DNA of 64,000 nucleotides from positions 1,301-65,300 of the forward strand of contig JAUYLZ010000022.1 of NCBI GenBank assembly GCA_030698385.1. The letters are read 5' to 3'. Source of the DNA: a bacterium. GTDB taxonomy: Bacteria; Patescibacteriota; Patescibacteriia; Patescibacteriales; XYC2-FULL-47-12. The notes under the pieces are model-generated. The model had not been told where the DNA came from, made no database searches, and saw nothing but the letters and a program-made list of their open reading frames with translations. Made by a program: the position numbers and the translations under genes. Each line of letters begins with the position of its first letter. Position 1 is the first letter of the stretch. Shown piece after piece: positions 35,730 through 42,485 of this stretch.

Positions 35730-36224
35730 TTAAACCTCTTTAATAATCTTTTCAATAAAATTCTTATCCAAGCCGCTGTCTAACTTTTGCGCTAATACTT
35801 TTTCGACCGCCGCTACTACCAGCTCGCCAGTCTCCGCTTTTATCTGCGCGGTAATTAACTTTTTTTCGTTCTCCAAATCTTGTTTGGTCTTGGCAACAAT
35901 GGCGCTGATTTCTTCTTTGGCCTTAACCATCATCTCTGCCTTGCGCGCCTCCCCCTGCTTGTTTACTTCAGCTAAAATTATACTCGCTTCTTGTTTGGCT
36001 TTTTTGATAATATCTTCTCTTTTACTTTGCGTATCGGCCAGTTCACTTTCGATTTTTTCCGCGTTTTTCAGACTATCATCGATTTTTTGCGAGCGCTCCT
36101 GCAGCACTTTCATCAGCGGTTTAATGCCAAAGTAGTAGAGCACCACAAAGACAATCGCAAAATTTACCACTTGCGCAACTAAGAGCTTAACATCTATATG
36201 AAATGTAGAAATGACTTCTCCCAT
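35730..36224 (-). CDS. atpF: Fo ATP synthase b subunit
   Basis: Single N-terminal TM helix plus a long charged helix. Operon position. Confidence 0.85.
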   Translation of the reverse strand: MGEVISTFHIDVKLLVAQVVNFAIVFVVLYYFGIKPLMKVLQERSQKIDDSLKNAEKIESELADTQSKREDIIKKAKQEASIILAEVNKQGEARKAEMMVKAKEEISAIVAKTKQDLENEKKLITAQIKAETGELVVAAVEKVLAQKLDSGLDKNFIEKIIKEV

Positions 36225-36293
36225 AAAAATAATTTTAATAAGTTTACTATGAGAGTCTAATGCTTGCGCATCAAACTCCCATCTGTAAAACTA

Positions 36294-36530
<237 letters not shown>

Positions 36531-36585
36531 TTACTATCGACTATGTTTTATTTATTTAAAGTCGGTTTGAGACGTAAGGTTAGTA

Positions 36586-36711
36586 ATTAATTTTCAACTG
36601 CCAATTTTCAATTTTCAATAAATAATTAATTTTCAATAACTAGTTTCTAAAGGTTAAAAAATTAATAATTGAAAATTGACTGAAAATTGTAAATTGATCA
36701 TTGAAAATTTA
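36586..36711. repeat. AATTTTCA-repeat spacer between atpB and atpE
   Basis: Multiple aattttca / tgaaaatt units in both orientations. The last ~36 nt (attgactgaaaattgtaaattgatcattgaaaattt) recur after the rpe stop at 57983..58030. Confidence 0.7.
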
Positions 36712-37593
36712 CTAATGTTCTTCGCCGGTATTAATCGTCAAAAACGCCAGTGTCAACATCGCAAAAATCAAAGCTTGAATCACTCCAACAATTATTTCCA
36801 AAAACATAAACGGAATCGGCACCAGCCAAGCAATCATCGCGGACATTGAAGCGAGCAGAACTTCACCGGCGAAAATGTTACCGAATAAACGAAAAGAAAG
36901 TGACGCGACCTTGGCAATTTCACCGACAATTTCCACCAGTCCCACAAACGCTTTGATTGGATTGACCAAAATTATGGTTGGCTCTTTCATAATCTTTTTT
37001 GGTATTTCCAGAAATGCTTCAATATTAATAAACTTATTCAAATACTTCCAGGCGCCGAGTTTAAAAATGCCAAATAAGTGCGAAGCCGCCACCGCGATTA
37101 GCGCCAAAGCTAAAGTTGTGTTCAAATCAGCAGTGCCGCCGCGAAAAAATGGTATCAAAACCTGTTCGCCGTGTTCGGAAACAACTTGTCCAACCGTGCC
37201 CACTCCGGGCAAAAGGCCAAACCAATTATTTAATAGTATAAAAATAAAAAAAGTAAACACCAAGGGAAAAAACTGCAATGATTTTTTGTGATCGCCGGTG
37301 ACTGAATCAAATGTTTCCAAAAACCATTCAAAAATCATCTCAAAGATTCCCTGAATTTTTCCCGGAATTTTTTTAATGCTTAATTTTAAAGTAGCAAAAA
37401 TAATAATTATCAGCAAAACCACCATCCAGCTGACCAATAACGAATTAGTAACCGCGAATCCGCCAATATTGAAAAGCGGTTCGGCAAAAAGTGTTTGCTC
37501 ATGCTTAACTTCAACTAAAACATTCTGCGAATCGTTATTTGTCTTATTTATATTTATTTCTTGGTTGCTTTCATTCATGATTTTAATTTTCAA
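36712..37593 (-). CDS. atpB: Fo ATP synthase a subunit
   Basis: LSFRLFGNIFAGE with the conserved Arg, multi-pass membrane protein. Confidence 0.9.
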   Translation of the reverse strand: MKIKIMNESNQEININKTNNDSQNVLVEVKHEQTLFAEPLFNIGGFAVTNSLLVSWMVVLLIIIIFATLKLSIKKIPGKIQGIFEMIFEWFLETFDSVTGDHKKSLQFFPLVFTFFIFILLNNWFGLLPGVGTVGQVVSEHGEQVLIPFFRGGTADLNTTLALALIAVAASHLFGIFKLGAWKYLNKFINIEAFLEIPKKIMKEPTIILVNPIKAFVGLVEIVGEIAKVASLSFRLFGNIFAGEVLLASMSAMIAWLVPIPFMFLEIIVGVIQALIFAMLTLAFLTINTGEEH

Positions 37594-37597
37594 TTCT

Positions 37598-37619
37598 CAA
37601 TCCCGAGTGCTCGGGATTG
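37598..37619. repeat. GC-rich palindrome CAATCCCGAGTGCTCGGGATTG
   Basis: Perfect inverted repeat in the atpZ-atpB spacer. A near-identical core TCCCGAGCGCTCGGGA lies at 57922..57937. Confidence 0.85.
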
Positions 37620-37637
37620 AAAATTGTAAATTGTAAA

Positions 37638-37898
37638 TTATTTTTTATTGTACTTATCCATTTCCTTAAATGAATCTCTTACCAGACCAAACATGGATAT
37701 GGCAAAAGCTATGCCTACAGTTAACAAAAAAAGCCATGGTTCTGTATCATAACGCCGGTCCAACCATTTCCCCAGATATATCGCCAGAACTACCGGTCCG
37801 ATTATCCAACCGGACAGGCGCGTAAACATAAGTAGCGCCGGTTGCCACCAGGCGGCGACATCTTCTTCTTTTTTTTGTTTATCTTCGCTAATTTGCAT
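37638..37898 (-). CDS. AtpZ/AtpI-like small membrane protein
   Basis: 86 aa, two TM helices, first gene of the atp operon, preceded by AAGGAGG. Confidence 0.6.
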   Translation of the reverse strand: MQISEDKQKKEEDVAAWWQPALLMFTRLSGWIIGPVVLAIYLGKWLDRRYDTEPWLFLLTVGIAFAISMFGLVRDSFKEMDKYNKK

Positions 37899-37942
37899 AT
37901 GCCTCCTTATTCACAACTAACCCTAATTTTTTTAATTATTTC

Positions 37943-37971
37943 ATTATAATGTAATGCTAGCTAACAGTCAA
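37943..37971 (-). promoter_or_regulatory. atp operon promoter TTGACT-17-TATAAT
   Basis: The minus strand reads TTGACTgttagctagcattacatTATAAT, about 45 nt upstream of the atpZ start. Confidence 0.55.
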
Positions 37972-38000
37972 TTGACAAAATATAGTAATATTATTATAAT
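37972..38000 (+). promoter_or_regulatory. Divergent consensus promoter TTGACA-17-TATAAT facing the tRNA cluster
   Basis: TTGACAaaatatagtaatattatTATAAT, back to back with the atp promoter. Confidence 0.5.
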
Positions 38001-38044
38001 TATAACTGAAAAAATTAAAATGAGAAAGTCTGACAAAAAACCGC

Positions 38045-38073
38045 TTGACAATTTTAATTATTGATCTTAACAT
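38045..38073 (+). promoter_or_regulatory. Second promoter-like element TTGACA-17-TAACAT, ~20 nt before the first tRNA
   Basis: Hexamers and spacing read directly from the sequence. Confidence 0.4.
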
Positions 38074-38091
38074 AACTACATTGCAAACAAT

Positions 38092-38166
38092 CGGGATGTA
38101 GCTCAGTTGGCAGAGCGCTCGCTTAATGAAAGCGAATGGCCGCAGGTTCGAATCCTGTCATCTCGA
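38092..38166 (+). tRNA. tRNA-like gene with canonical acceptor, D and T arms but an expanded or shifted anticodon arm; anticodon not assignable
   Basis: Acceptor CGGGATG/CATCTCG, D-loop AGTTGGCA, T-arm GCAGG-TTCGAAT-CCTGT. The anticodon region CTCGC-TTAATGAAA-GCGAA is either a 4-bp stem with a 9-nt loop or a shifted 5-bp stem TCGCT/AGCGA with loop TAATGAA that lacks U33. Confidence 0.6.
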
Positions 38167-38184
38167 ATTTATTTTAAAAAAAAT

Positions 38185-38257
38185 ACGCGCGTAGCTCAGT
38201 TAGCAGAGCGTTTGCTTGGTAAGCAAAAGGTCACTGGTGCAAATCCAGTCGCGCGGT
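38185..38257 (+). tRNA. tRNA-Thr (anticodon GGT) with atypical elbow and 1:72 mismatch
   Basis: Anticodon arm TTTGC-TTGGTAA-GCAAA. The D-loop is AGTTAGCA (A at the G18 position) and the T-loop is TGCAAAT (G at the U55 position). The acceptor ACGCGCG/CGCGCGG gives A1:G72. Confidence 0.7.
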
Positions 38258-38277
38258 TTTCCCTGAGCTCTTTATAC

Positions 38278-38349
38278 GGGTCCGTAGTTTAATTAAAACG
38301 CTTGCCTGATAAGCAAGAAATGTGGGTTCCAATCCCAACGTGAGACCCG
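38278..38349 (+). tRNA. tRNA-Ile(GAT)-like gene with 5-nt D-loop and a 3-nt bulge in the acceptor stem (possible pseudogene)
   Basis: Anticodon arm CTTGC-CTGATAA-GCAAG. The D arm is GTTT-AATTA-AAAC with no GG. The T-loop is TTCCAAT. The 3' acceptor strand CG[TGA]GACCC pairs with GGGTCCG only if TGA bulges out. Confidence 0.5.
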
Positions 38350-38366
38350 TCTCAAAATCCCCCTGT

Positions 38367-38427
38367 CTTTGGGGAAAGGACATACTACAAAAATCTGTTA
38401 ATTTCGTAACAGTGCGTAGTATGTCCT
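38367..38427. terminator. Long nested hairpin terminator between the tRNA cluster and tatD
   Basis: AGGACATACTAC...[CTGTTA-atttcg-TAACAG]...GTAGTATGTCCT followed by GTTTTATTTT. Confidence 0.65.
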
Positions 38428-38430
38428 GTT

Positions 38431-39306
38431 TTATTTTATGCCAAATAGCGCCTGCGCGTTTTGCGTGGTTGCTTTGGCTACTGATTCAACGGTAATATTT
38501 TTTAATTCGGCGATTTTTTTAGCAACTTCAACAACATAGCTAGGTTCATTTCTTTTACCGCGCTGTGTCGCCGGCGCCATGAACGGTGAATCTGTTTCAA
38601 TCATAATTTTATTAAGCGGTACCTTGCGCAAGAGATCATCCCAGGAATTGTTAAAAGTGATTAAACCGGTAAAAGAAATTAAAAATCCAAGGTCAAAGTA
38701 CTGCCAAGCAAGTTCCCAGTCTCCGGAAAAACAATGCATCACGCCTTTCAAGGCGCCGCTACGGCTTGGTTTGCGGCTATAAAAATCTTTTATTAATTTC
38801 AACACGTCATCGTGAGCGTCTCGGCAATGAATTATTGCCGGCTTGCCAATGTCATTAGCCAGTTCAAGCTGTTGTAAAAAGGTAAACTGTTGCAGTTGCT
38901 GATTTTGCCGCACCTTTGTCTTATCTTCCGGCAAACCTGTCTGTCCGATAGGCAGATAGTGGTAATCCAAACCAATCTCCCCAATCGCCACAACCTTGCC
39001 GCTTTGCGCCAAGCGCTGATAACTGTCATAGTCGAAACGTTCGCCCTTCATTTTTATCTTTTTCCCTTCTTCTTCAAATTCAGAGTCCTGCAAGTGAACT
39101 GGATGCAGGCCAACTGCCGCGTAAACTCCGGCCTCATATTTCCTGGCAATCTCAACTGCGCGCTTGGAGCTCTTTAATTCGGTCGCCGGAATAATTAGAC
39201 TGATTTTTTGATCCAGCGCGCGCCGAATCACGGCATCCACGTCTTTGGTGTATGCCTGAAAATTCAGGTGGCAGTGAGTATCAATGAGTTGAAAGCCGTT
39301 AGCCAT
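38431..39306 (-). CDS. tatD: TatD-family metal-dependent hydrolase
   Basis: LIDTHCHLNF start motif, IGEIGLDY, HCRDAH and ETDSPF motifs. Confidence 0.85.
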   Translation of the reverse strand: MANGFQLIDTHCHLNFQAYTKDVDAVIRRALDQKISLIIPATELKSSKRAVEIARKYEAGVYAAVGLHPVHLQDSEFEEEGKKIKMKGERFDYDSYQRLAQSGKVVAIGEIGLDYHYLPIGQTGLPEDKTKVRQNQQLQQFTFLQQLELANDIGKPAIIHCRDAHDDVLKLIKDFYSRKPSRSGALKGVMHCFSGDWELAWQYFDLGFLISFTGLITFNNSWDDLLRKVPLNKIMIETDSPFMAPATQRGKRNEPSYVVEVAKKIAELKNITVESVAKATTQNAQALFGIK

Positions 39307-39412
39307 GTCGCTTATTTAATGCTGTAAAAAATTTGATCTCTATATTAAAAACTATTATTTCAAATTTTTAATTTCAGATTGCAGATTGCGGTAATCATAA
39401 ATAATCATAAAT

Positions 39413-40051
39413 CTAAAATCTTAAATCATCAATTTTAAGGTCTCCTTGCCGTAAAATTTTAACCTCTCCGTCTCGCGCGTCAACAAAAGTAGAGCCCTTG
39501 GATTTTGGCAATTTCCCCGCGTCAATAATGTAGTCCGGCTGATATTTTTGATTTTTAAAATATTTAATAACTGTCGGCGCGTCAAGCGCCGAGGGCCGGC
39601 CGGATGGATTGGCGGAAGTTGAAGTAATCGGCTTTTTTAAACTTTTAGACAAAAACGTCGCGATTTCATTGCTCGAAATTCTCACGCCGCCGTCAAAACT
39701 TTTTTGATTGATGCTTTTTTTAAAAATCTTTTTGCCATGCTCGTTATAGTTCAAAACCAATGACAAAGGTCCTGGCAAATATTTTTTTATTAATTTTTTC
39801 GCCGCCGAATTAATGACAAAATAGGTCTTTAACATCGCCTGCGACGCCACAATCACCGGCAGGGGTTTATTAAACGAGCGTCCTTTGATTTGATAGACTT
39901 TTTTTACCGCTATGATATTGGTTGAATCACACCCCAAACCGTAAAATGTCTCTGTCGGATAAACAATAACTTTTCCCTGTTGTAAAAAATCAGCGAGTTG
40001 GCTGATTATCTCTTTATCAATTTTATTTTTGTCTATTTTTATTATTGTCAT
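39413..40051 (-). CDS. tsaC: L-threonylcarbamoyladenylate synthase (TsaC/YrdC/Sua5 family)
   Basis: VIVYPTETFYGLGCD, PLPVIV, ITSTSANPSG motifs, 212 aa. Confidence 0.85.
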   Translation of the reverse strand: MTIIKIDKNKIDKEIISQLADFLQQGKVIVYPTETFYGLGCDSTNIIAVKKVYQIKGRSFNKPLPVIVASQAMLKTYFVINSAAKKLIKKYLPGPLSLVLNYNEHGKKIFKKSINQKSFDGGVRISSNEIATFLSKSLKKPITSTSANPSGRPSALDAPTVIKYFKNQKYQPDYIIDAGKLPKSKGSTFVDARDGEVKILRQGDLKIDDLRF

Positions 40052-40056
40052 AAAGC

Positions 40057-40176
40057 AAGTTTCAAACTTGTTTTGCGAGTAGCAAAATTGTTTGAAACTT
40101 ATGCTGCATGCTACTTTAGTATAATCAGTAAAAGTTTAAAACAGTTCGCCTCAGACGGCGAACAAGTTTTAAACTT
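40057..40176. repeat. Two consecutive long hairpins with related outer stems (AAGTTTMAAAC ... GTTTKAAACTT)
   Basis: Hairpin 1 at 40057..40100 has the inner stem TTTTGC/GCAAAA. Hairpin 2 at 40132..40176 has the inner stem AGTTCGCC/GGCGAAC. Both lie in the cvpA-tsaC spacer, and hairpin 2 overlaps the cvpA stop. Confidence 0.7.
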
Positions 40177-40711
40177 AAAGCAAAGAATGCAGTTCCCTCA
40201 ATACCTGCGGCAATAAGGGAGAAACGAATTCGCCGAACTTTAATAAAAAGGGCGCGATTTTAGCGTTTACTAAAAATTTGTCAAAAGAGAATCCGAGCGA
40301 GTAGCGGCTGGCAAAGTAAATTAAAATCCCCAGCATCGCGCCGCTCAAAAGAAATCCGAACAGCGCGCCGGCCGCCCGGTTGATCAGACCAAAGAATGGG
40401 ATAATGGCTAAAAAGTTAAAAAACTTGTCCAAAACCGCCACGCCAATGGAGATAATTTTTTGCGAAATAATCAGCAGTAACAAAAAACTAACGCCCAGAC
40501 CGACATTTTCATAACCGGCGTAAAGCGAGCGCGTCCATTCATATACCGTCATAAAATAGTGTCCAGCCACCCAAATGCCGACCAAAAAACCAACCAGCTC
40601 GCCAATCATGCGAATAATGCCTTTCAAAAAACCGTAAACGACAAAAACCAAAACAAAGACCAATAAAAAGGCGTCAAAAAAACTTAAATTTAATAAAGCC
40701 GCAATATTCAT
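40175..40711 (-). CDS. cvpA: CvpA-family membrane protein
   Basis: N-terminal FDAFLLVFVLVFVVYGFLKGIIRMIGELVGFLVG pattern, four TM helices. Confidence 0.8.
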   Translation of the reverse strand: MNIAALLNLSFFDAFLLVFVLVFVVYGFLKGIIRMIGELVGFLVGIWVAGHYFMTVYEWTRSLYAGYENVGLGVSFLLLLIISQKIISIGVAVLDKFFNFLAIIPFFGLINRAAGALFGFLLSGAMLGILIYFASRYSLGFSFDKFLVNAKIAPFLLKFGEFVSPLLPQVLRELHSLL

Positions 40712-40799
40712 AAATTTTTCCTCCTCGTTATTATTTTACCCTTTTTTTCTTTTAAAATCAATTTATCCGGATGTTTAAAATTTGATTAAAGATCACAAA

Positions 40800-40838
40800 A
40801 TAAAAAATCCCCCAGATTCAAATAAAAGAATCTGGGGT
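40800..40838 (-). terminator. Rho-independent terminator after ORF 40845..41174
   Basis: CCCAGATTC-N8-GAATCTGGG. On the minus strand it is followed by ATTTTTTATTTT. Confidence 0.6.
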
Positions 40839-40844
40839 TACTAG

Positions 40845-41174
40845 TTACTGAGCAAAAATTGACGATGATGCTGAAATCACCATTGTCTGTGAATACATTT
40901 GATTAAATTCATTAATCAAAGCATTCATTTCTTCTCCATCATAATCTTTAAAAATATAAAAAAACATTTGTTGCGGATCCTTATATACGGAATATATAGT
41001 ATTGTTGATCCACCATGCATCCTTTATAGGGATAGGTTTTCCATCCCGAAAATCAAAAAAGGATTGTTGAAGTTTTGTAATATTTTCATTTGTGATTGCA
41101 GGAACAAAAAAAATAAAAGATATAATAATAAAAACTAACATAAAAAAACATCCAATCGCTATTTTTTCTTTCAT
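40845..41174 (-). CDS. Small N-terminally anchored hypothetical protein
   Basis: 109 aa with a signal/anchor helix (IAIGCFFMLVFIIISFIFFVPA). Confidence 0.4.
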   Translation of the reverse strand: MKEKIAIGCFFMLVFIIISFIFFVPAITNENITKLQQSFFDFRDGKPIPIKDAWWINNTIYSVYKDPQQMFFYIFKDYDGEEMNALINEFNQMYSQTMVISASSSIFAQ

Positions 41175-41326
41175 TTTGAAAGATCTCCTTCTGACTGAAA
41201 AAAATTAAATTTTTAAAGATAAAAGTATTCTATCATATAATTAAAAAAATGTCAATATTTTAATTTATTTTAGTTAAAATAAACATAAAAAATTCATAGT
41301 TACTTGTTTTTTAATCCGCCTACCAC

Positions 41327-42349
41327 TTAAGCGATCTTCTGTTCTGTAGAGTGAGTATTCGTGACTACATGCGCTCGCGCGTCCACCTCATAAGCCGTAT
41401 TGGTCGCTTCAAAGAAATTCACCAGCTGTTCAACATCGTTGGCGGTCGCCATCCACTTGGCCGGATTGGAGACATTGTAGTGCGGGTTAAAGCCGAGCTC
41501 TTCAAGACGCCGGTCAGCCATATATTTCACGTACTGGTTGATGTAATCGGCGTTCAAACCAAGAATACCGCGCGGCATCAGTTCTTTGTTGTAGCTAACT
41601 TCCAGTTCAACCGCGTCCAAAATCATCCGGTGAATTTCCGCGGTAAACGCTTCATCGGCGATTTCCGGGTGTTCATCTAAAACGGTCAAAATCAAATTAA
41701 TGCCAAACTTCAAATGCAGACTCTCGTCGCGCACCACCCAGTCAATCAACGAACCGAAGTTGCGCAGAAGTCCGCGCTGGCGAAATGACAACCCCACCAT
41801 AAAACCGGAGTAAAACCAAATGCCTTCCATAATAACATTGGTCGCGACCAAATTGCGGATGAAGTCACGCTTGCCCTCAACAGTATCAATATCCAGATTT
41901 ACTTCAGTCATACGCTTAAGATAGGTAATATTGTAATCTTCTTTTTTGCGCATGGTCTCGGTGGCGCGATGCGCTTTGAAAGCCTCCTCGCGGTTGATGG
42001 GAAAGGTTGACATCACATACTCAAAAGCGACCGAATGGTTCGCCTCCTCCCACATCTGCTTGGCCAAATACAAATGCGCCTCGGCGGCATTAATGTAGGG
42101 ATAGACGCCAAAGGCCAGGCATTTATTTACCAAAAGCTCGGCCGGATTGAAATAACTCATGAAAAAAGTCACGGCGTGCCGCTCCTCGTCCGTCATGCGA
42201 TTCCAATCGGCTAAATCTTCGCCAAGCTGAATTTCGTGCGGAAACCAGGTGTTGGACACGGCCTGGTCGTAAAGCTCCTTGGCCCAGGTATATTTAATTG
42301 GATATACCTGCAGGCCTTCGTGAATGTTTGTTTTTCCAACAATAGACAT
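41327..42349 (-). CDS. nrdB: Ribonucleotide reductase class Ia beta subunit
   Basis: Di-iron ligand motifs EEANHSVAFEYV, MEGIWFYSGF and RDESLHLKFG. Confidence 0.92.
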   Translation of the reverse strand: MSIVGKTNIHEGLQVYPIKYTWAKELYDQAVSNTWFPHEIQLGEDLADWNRMTDEERHAVTFFMSYFNPAELLVNKCLAFGVYPYINAAEAHLYLAKQMWEEANHSVAFEYVMSTFPINREEAFKAHRATETMRKKEDYNITYLKRMTEVNLDIDTVEGKRDFIRNLVATNVIMEGIWFYSGFMVGLSFRQRGLLRNFGSLIDWVVRDESLHLKFGINLILTVLDEHPEIADEAFTAEIHRMILDAVELEVSYNKELMPRGILGLNADYINQYVKYMADRRLEELGFNPHYNVSNPAKWMATANDVEQLVNFFEATNTAYEVDARAHVVTNTHSTEQKIA

Positions 42350-42374
42350 AAATTTTATGTAAGTATGTTATATA

Positions 42375-42476
42375 ATGCAAATCTACGAATGATATGCAAA
42401 TACCTCAAATTGCGAGCCATACAAATTTGCATAAAAAATATTTTGAAGTATTTGCATAAATTTGAGGATTTGCATT
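42375..42476. repeat. ATGCAAAT-type spacer element, copy B, forming a long inverted repeat (nrdA-nrdB spacer)
   Basis: ATGCAAATACCTCAAATT (42398..) pairs with AAATTTGAGGATTTGCAT (42455..). The 5' part is ~90% identical to 30181..30217. Confidence 0.8.
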
Positions 42477-42485
42477 ATATTTATC

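Noticed and set aside
38107-38292. 61-aa ORF across the tRNA cluster.
   Set aside because: It overlaps three tRNA-type structures with clear cloverleaf arms and has no SD. It is an ORF-caller artefact.
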